DNA of 64,000 nt from Myxococcota bacterium (GTDB lineage Bacteria; Myxococcota_A; UBA796; SXON01): contig JAZKFH010000017.1 of NCBI GenBank assembly GCA_040386535.1, positions 1-64,000 on the forward strand. Reading direction: 5' to 3'. The first letter of the stretch is position 1. Each line of letters starts with the position of its first letter. The translations under genes and the position numbers were made by a program. Positions 60,321 to 64,000 of the stretch are shown in pieces. The notes under the pieces are model-generated. The model was not told the DNA's origin and did no database searches. It worked only from the letters and a program-made list of their open reading frames with translations.

Positions 60321-61069
60321 CCGCCCACCGCCCAGCGCTCGATGGCCGTGCCGACCGCGACCATGGCGCTCTCCAACGAGGCGTCGATGCGGCCGGCGGG
60401 GCCGACACACAGGCAGCCGGCCTCGATGGCGAAGTCCTCGACCACGTCGAGCGAAGGCATCCGCGCGCGCAGGGTGTCGGCGTCCAGCGGCGAGACATGC
60501 ACCTGGAGCCCGTCGCGGCCGAGGGCGTTGACGGCCTCGTCCACGAGCGCGTTGAGGAGGCGCGGATCGGCGTGCAACGCGTCGCCCGCGATACGACGCG
60601 CGGCCTCGAGGATTACACCGCCGGCCTCCGCGCGGAGCTCGCCCACGAGCGTCACGTGCGCGGCCTGGAGCGCCCGGGCGCCAGCCTCCAGGGTCTCGGC
60701 GGCGGCCTCCATGGCGCGGGTGGCCTCCTCCATCTCGCGGGTGGCGGCGGCGAGCCGGAGCACCTCGGCCTTCATCGCCTCGCGCTCCTGCTCGACCAGC
60801 TCCAGCGCCTCGGCGTGCTCGGCGGCGCGGCGCTCTTCGAGCTCGGCGGGATCGGGCTCGCGCAGGGCGGGCTCGGGCGCGACGGGCTCGGGCGGCGTGG
60901 GGACCTCGGGCGCGGCCTCGACGTTGGGGCCCACGAGCGTGCGGGTCCGCGCAAGGCCGGCGGTCCACGCGCGATCGGGGATGGACGAGGCGGCGCCGAG
61001 GGGGCGCCAGGCGGCGGCGCGGGGCTCGCCGCGGGGCTCGTAGGGCAGGAACGGGATGAACTGGCTCAT
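60317..61069 (-). CDS. fliH: Flagellar assembly protein FliH
   Basis: Coiled coil, VHVSPLD, GCLC...GRIDA; lies between fliG and fliI. Confidence 0.85.
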   Translation of the reverse strand: MSQFIPFLPYEPRGEPRAAAWRPLGAASSIPDRAWTAGLARTRTLVGPNVEAAPEVPTPPEPVAPEPALREPDPAELEERRAAEHAEALELVEQEREAMKAEVLRLAAATREMEEATRAMEAAAETLEAGARALQAAHVTLVGELRAEAGGVILEAARRIAGDALHADPRLLNALVDEAVNALGRDGLQVHVSPLDADTLRARMPSLDVVEDFAIEAGCLCVGPAGRIDASLESAMVAVGTAIERWAVGG

Positions 61070-61072
61070 GGG

Positions 61073-62116
61073 CTACGCCACTCCGTCGTCGGCGTCGCCG
61101 AGATCCAGGTAGATGGTGCCTTCGTCGGCGAGGTGGCGCGCGATGGCGACCACGCGATCCTGCGACTCCCGGAGCTGGGCGCGGCGGGCCGGGCCGCCGA
61201 TCTCGATCTCTTCGAGCAAATCCGCGGCGGCGCGGGCGGAGAGGTTCTTGAGGAACTGCGCACGCATGGCCGGCGAGGCGCCCTTGAGCGCGATGACGAG
61301 ATCGGCGCGCTCGACCGCGCGGAGCAGCGCCTGGATGCCGCGCCCGTCGAGGCGCTCGAGGTCCTCGAAGGAGACCATGCGGCGCTGGAGATCGGCGGCG
61401 AGCCCTTCTTCGAGGGCGCGCACGCCGTCGAGCACCACGGCGTTGCGCTCGCGGGGCATACGACCGAGGATGCGCGCGGTGCGCTCGACGCCGCCGACGG
61501 GCAGCGCGTCCTCAAAGCCGACCAGCGCGGTGCGCACGGCGGCCTCGATGTCGTCGGAGAGCTCGGGGGCGACCGACTCGGCCTGGGCCATGCGAATGGC
61601 GAGGTCGGCCTGGTCCTCGACCGGCATGCAGGCGAGCACGCGCGCGGCGTTCTCGGTGCCCATCCGGAGCATGGCGATGGCGCGCACCTGGGGGTGCTCG
61701 TCGCCCAGCACGCTCGCGACGGCGCGGGCGGGACGGGTGCGCACGAACGCCTCGAAGTCGTCGTTGCCGATGCGGCGGAGGTGGGCGCCCATGCGAGCGC
61801 GGCGGTCGTCGTCGAACAGGCCGGGCAGCACGTTGCGGGCGAAGTTGCGGCCGCTCGCGGGCAGGACGCTGACCTGGCGGAGCTGGTCGACAAAGTCGGT
61901 GACGACCGCCTCGACGGTCTCCTCGCCGGCGTCGCCCATCTCGGCGATGGTCGTCGCGATGCGCTCGACCTCGTCGTCGGTGAGGCCCTTGAGCAGGGCG
62001 CGCGCGGCGTCGCGGTCCAGGTACATGACGAGCACCGCCGCCTTCTGCAGGCCGGTGAGCGGCGGCGCAGAGGCGGGGATGGGTGCGGGGACGGAGCGGA
62101 GGGCGGTCACGGACAC
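61073..62116 (-). CDS. fliG: Flagellar motor switch protein FliG
   Basis: LTGLQKAAVL, EHPQ, GG linker, MVSFEDL, ALKGA, NLSARAA. Confidence 0.93.
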   Translation of the reverse strand: MSVTALRSVPAPIPASAPPLTGLQKAAVLVMYLDRDAARALLKGLTDDEVERIATTIAEMGDAGEETVEAVVTDFVDQLRQVSVLPASGRNFARNVLPGLFDDDRRARMGAHLRRIGNDDFEAFVRTRPARAVASVLGDEHPQVRAIAMLRMGTENAARVLACMPVEDQADLAIRMAQAESVAPELSDDIEAAVRTALVGFEDALPVGGVERTARILGRMPRERNAVVLDGVRALEEGLAADLQRRMVSFEDLERLDGRGIQALLRAVERADLVIALKGASPAMRAQFLKNLSARAAADLLEEIEIGGPARRAQLRESQDRVVAIARHLADEGTIYLDLGDADDGVA

Positions 62117-62125
62117 GGGGCGCTC

Positions 62126-63706
62126 CTACGAGTTCTTGAGCCAGCGACGGACCACTTCGGCGGAGGGCTCGGACTCCTGGCGTACGAGGTCCGAAAGATC
62201 GCGCGGCTGGTGGGGCTGGAGGCGGGAGAGGTGCTGGCGGAGGCGGGCGGCGAGGTCGAGGGGGATGGGCTCCTCCTCCTCCTCGTCGTCCTCGTCGTCC
62301 ACGAGGGCGGGCGCGGGTACGGGCACCGGCTCGGGGGCCACGACCACCGGCGGGGGCGGGCGGGCCGCGTTGACGAGCGGGCGCACGACGAAGAAGAAGA
62401 GCAGGGCCACCGCGAACACGACCACGAGGGCCTCGGCGAGGGGGCCCGACGTGAGGATCGAGGCGGGTTCGGGCACGGCGAGCGCCTCCGGGGCGGAGAA
62501 GGGCAGAAAACTCACGACCACGTCGTCGGCGCGCTTGTCGGTCGAGCCGAGCGCCGCGCGGACGGCGCTCTCGAGCTGGGCCTTGAGCGCGGCCTCGTCG
62601 CCGCCGGCGGCGGCCTTGGTGACCGCGGCGCTGTCGATCATGACCGACGCGGAGAGGCGGCGGACCGCGCCCGCGGGGGTGGTGGTCGTCGTGATGGACG
62701 AGGTGTACTGGTAGGTGGTCTGCGTCGTCTCGCGGGTGCGCGTTCCGCCGGTGCCCGTGGACGCGTTGGGGGGGCGCTCGGGCACGTTGCTGTCGGTGCC
62801 GGGCACGCCGCCGGAGGCGACGCCGCCGCGCGTGTCGACCTCGGTCTCCACGCGCTCGTTGGCGGCCACGGCGGTGAGCGGATCGATCGCGTTGACGGTC
62901 TGGGAGACCACGGCGGTCTCGAGCTCGACGTTGACCGTGACCGCGACGGCGTCGGGCCGGCCGAGCAGCTGGGCGAGCGCGGCGCGCACCCCGCTGGCGA
63001 GCGCGACCTCGCGGGCGTTGGCGGTGGCGGCGATCTCGGCGTCGGCGCCGCCGGCCCCCTCTCCGCCCCAGAGGGTGCGGCCGGTGCTCGCGTCCACGAC
63101 CGTGATGTCCTCGGGCTGCATGCCCGCGATCGAGTGGGACACGAGCTGGGCGACGCTACGCGCGGTGCGCTGATCGAGGGTGGCGCCCGCGTCGGGGCGC
63201 AGGGTGACCGCGGCGCTGGGGCCCGCCACGTCGCGTAGGAACGCGGACGGCTCGGGCAGGTCGAGGTGGACGGTGCTCGACGCGATGCCGCGGATGCCGT
63301 CGATGGTGCGGACCAGCTCGCCCTGGATCATGCGCTGGCGGTGCAGCTGCTCCTGGAAGGGCGTCACCCAGGGGTCGATCTTCTCGAGGCCTTCGAGGCC
63401 CACGATGCCGCCGTCGCCCGAGGCCGCCCGCCGCGCGTCGATCTCGGAGAGGTCGGGCACGCGCACGGTGAGGCCGTCACTGTCGATGCGGAAGGGCAGC
63501 CCCGCCTCGGAGAGCGAGCGCGTGACGGAGGCGAGCTCGTCGGCGTCGGACGCGCGGGTGAGCAGCACGTAGGACGGCGTGCTCGCCCAGATCCCGACGC
63601 CCGCGACCGCCGCGACCGAGAGCGCGCTGGCGACGTAGAGCACGCGGCGCCGCACGGGCTCGAGGCCATCGTGGAAGGTGCGCAGCTGGGAGAGGAAGTC
63701 CGGCAC
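62126..63706 (-). CDS. fliF: Flagellar M-ring protein FliF
   Basis: Two TMs; GELVRTI, VHLDLPEPSAF, PSAAV, GGVPG.DSN, RRLSASV; C-terminal VVRRWL. Confidence 0.92.
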   Translation of the reverse strand: MPDFLSQLRTFHDGLEPVRRRVLYVASALSVAAVAGVGIWASTPSYVLLTRASDADELASVTRSLSEAGLPFRIDSDGLTVRVPDLSEIDARRAASGDGGIVGLEGLEKIDPWVTPFQEQLHRQRMIQGELVRTIDGIRGIASSTVHLDLPEPSAFLRDVAGPSAAVTLRPDAGATLDQRTARSVAQLVSHSIAGMQPEDITVVDASTGRTLWGGEGAGGADAEIAATANAREVALASGVRAALAQLLGRPDAVAVTVNVELETAVVSQTVNAIDPLTAVAANERVETEVDTRGGVASGGVPGTDSNVPERPPNASTGTGGTRTRETTQTTYQYTSSITTTTTPAGAVRRLSASVMIDSAAVTKAAAGGDEAALKAQLESAVRAALGSTDKRADDVVVSFLPFSAPEALAVPEPASILTSGPLAEALVVVFAVALLFFFVVRPLVNAARPPPPVVVAPEPVPVPAPALVDDEDDEEEEEPIPLDLAARLRQHLSRLQPHQPRDLSDLVRQESEPSAEVVRRWLKNS

Positions 63707-63844
63707 GATCGGGCACCCGGTGGGTCTGGTGCTCGTTCGGTCGGAGGGGGCGGGAGTTTAGGGGAATCTTGGGGGGCGGCCCACATCGGCACCGATCGCG
63801 CCGGTGTGGACCGCCCGCCTCGCGGCACGGACCCCGAAGGACGC

Positions 63845-63994
63845 CTACTTCTTGGCGGTCGGCGTGGTCTTCGTGGTCGTGTCGTTCGGGTTCATCTGCT
63901 TCGAACGGTTGTCGTTGGCCGCCTTGTTCGCGGGGCTGGTCGGGTTCTTGCTGTCCGAGCGCTGGTCGTTGGGCGTGGGCTTGTTCGTGGCCAT
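63845..63994 (-). CDS. Small Asn/Thr/Lys-rich protein (49 aa)
   Basis: MATNKPTPNDQRSDSKNPTSPANKAANDNRSKQMNPNDTTTKTTPTAKK*; internal NDxRSxxxNP repeat; GC3-rich codons; below the ORF-track cutoff. Confidence 0.6.
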   Translation of the reverse strand: MATNKPTPNDQRSDSKNPTSPANKAANDNRSKQMNPNDTTTKTTPTAKK

Positions 63995-64000
63995 GGGGTA

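Noticed and set aside
58986..63706. Non-flagellar type III secretion system
   Set aside because: FliG and a two-TM 526-aa FliF are flagellum-specific; SctJ would be a short lipoprotein
63707..63844. Riboswitch (for example c-di-GMP) upstream of fliF
   Set aside because: A GC-rich hairpin exists but no recognisable aptamer consensus

Overview
A high-GC window that is most likely from a Myxococcota-type bacterium, judged from MYXO-CTERM-like tails, Asp-Thr-repeat lipoproteins and MopE-like Cys/Asp repeats. It opens with a tightly coupled putative beta-1,3-glucan uptake locus (1-9.6 kb): a CBM-like protein, an uncharacterised stand-alone outer-membrane barrel candidate, two lipoproteins, a GH16 and an Opp/Dpp-family ABC importer. 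Next come two surface-anchored hydrolases (NAGPA-type phosphodiester glycosidase and SpoIID-type), a MoaD/BNR-propeller pair, three LysR modules and a Tat-exported class A beta-lactamase. The middle holds an ECF sigma module with mirrored promoters, a HemN-like radical SAM protein, a possible toxin-like protein, a PIG-O/PIG-G-like phosphotransferase and a MASE1-CHASE two-component system with a frameshift. The window ends with a flagellar fliF-fliG-fliH-fliI cassette. Non-coding DNA contains at least two dispersed structured repeat families with loop-located or compensatory substitutions: about 57 bp in 3 copies and about 310 bp in 2 copies. One copy of the long repeat is interrupted by an insert containing a 296-bp TG...CA inverted-repeat-bounded MITE-like element. 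No rRNA, tRNA, CRISPR array or transposase was recognised. All calls come from reading the sequence by eye; no searches were run.
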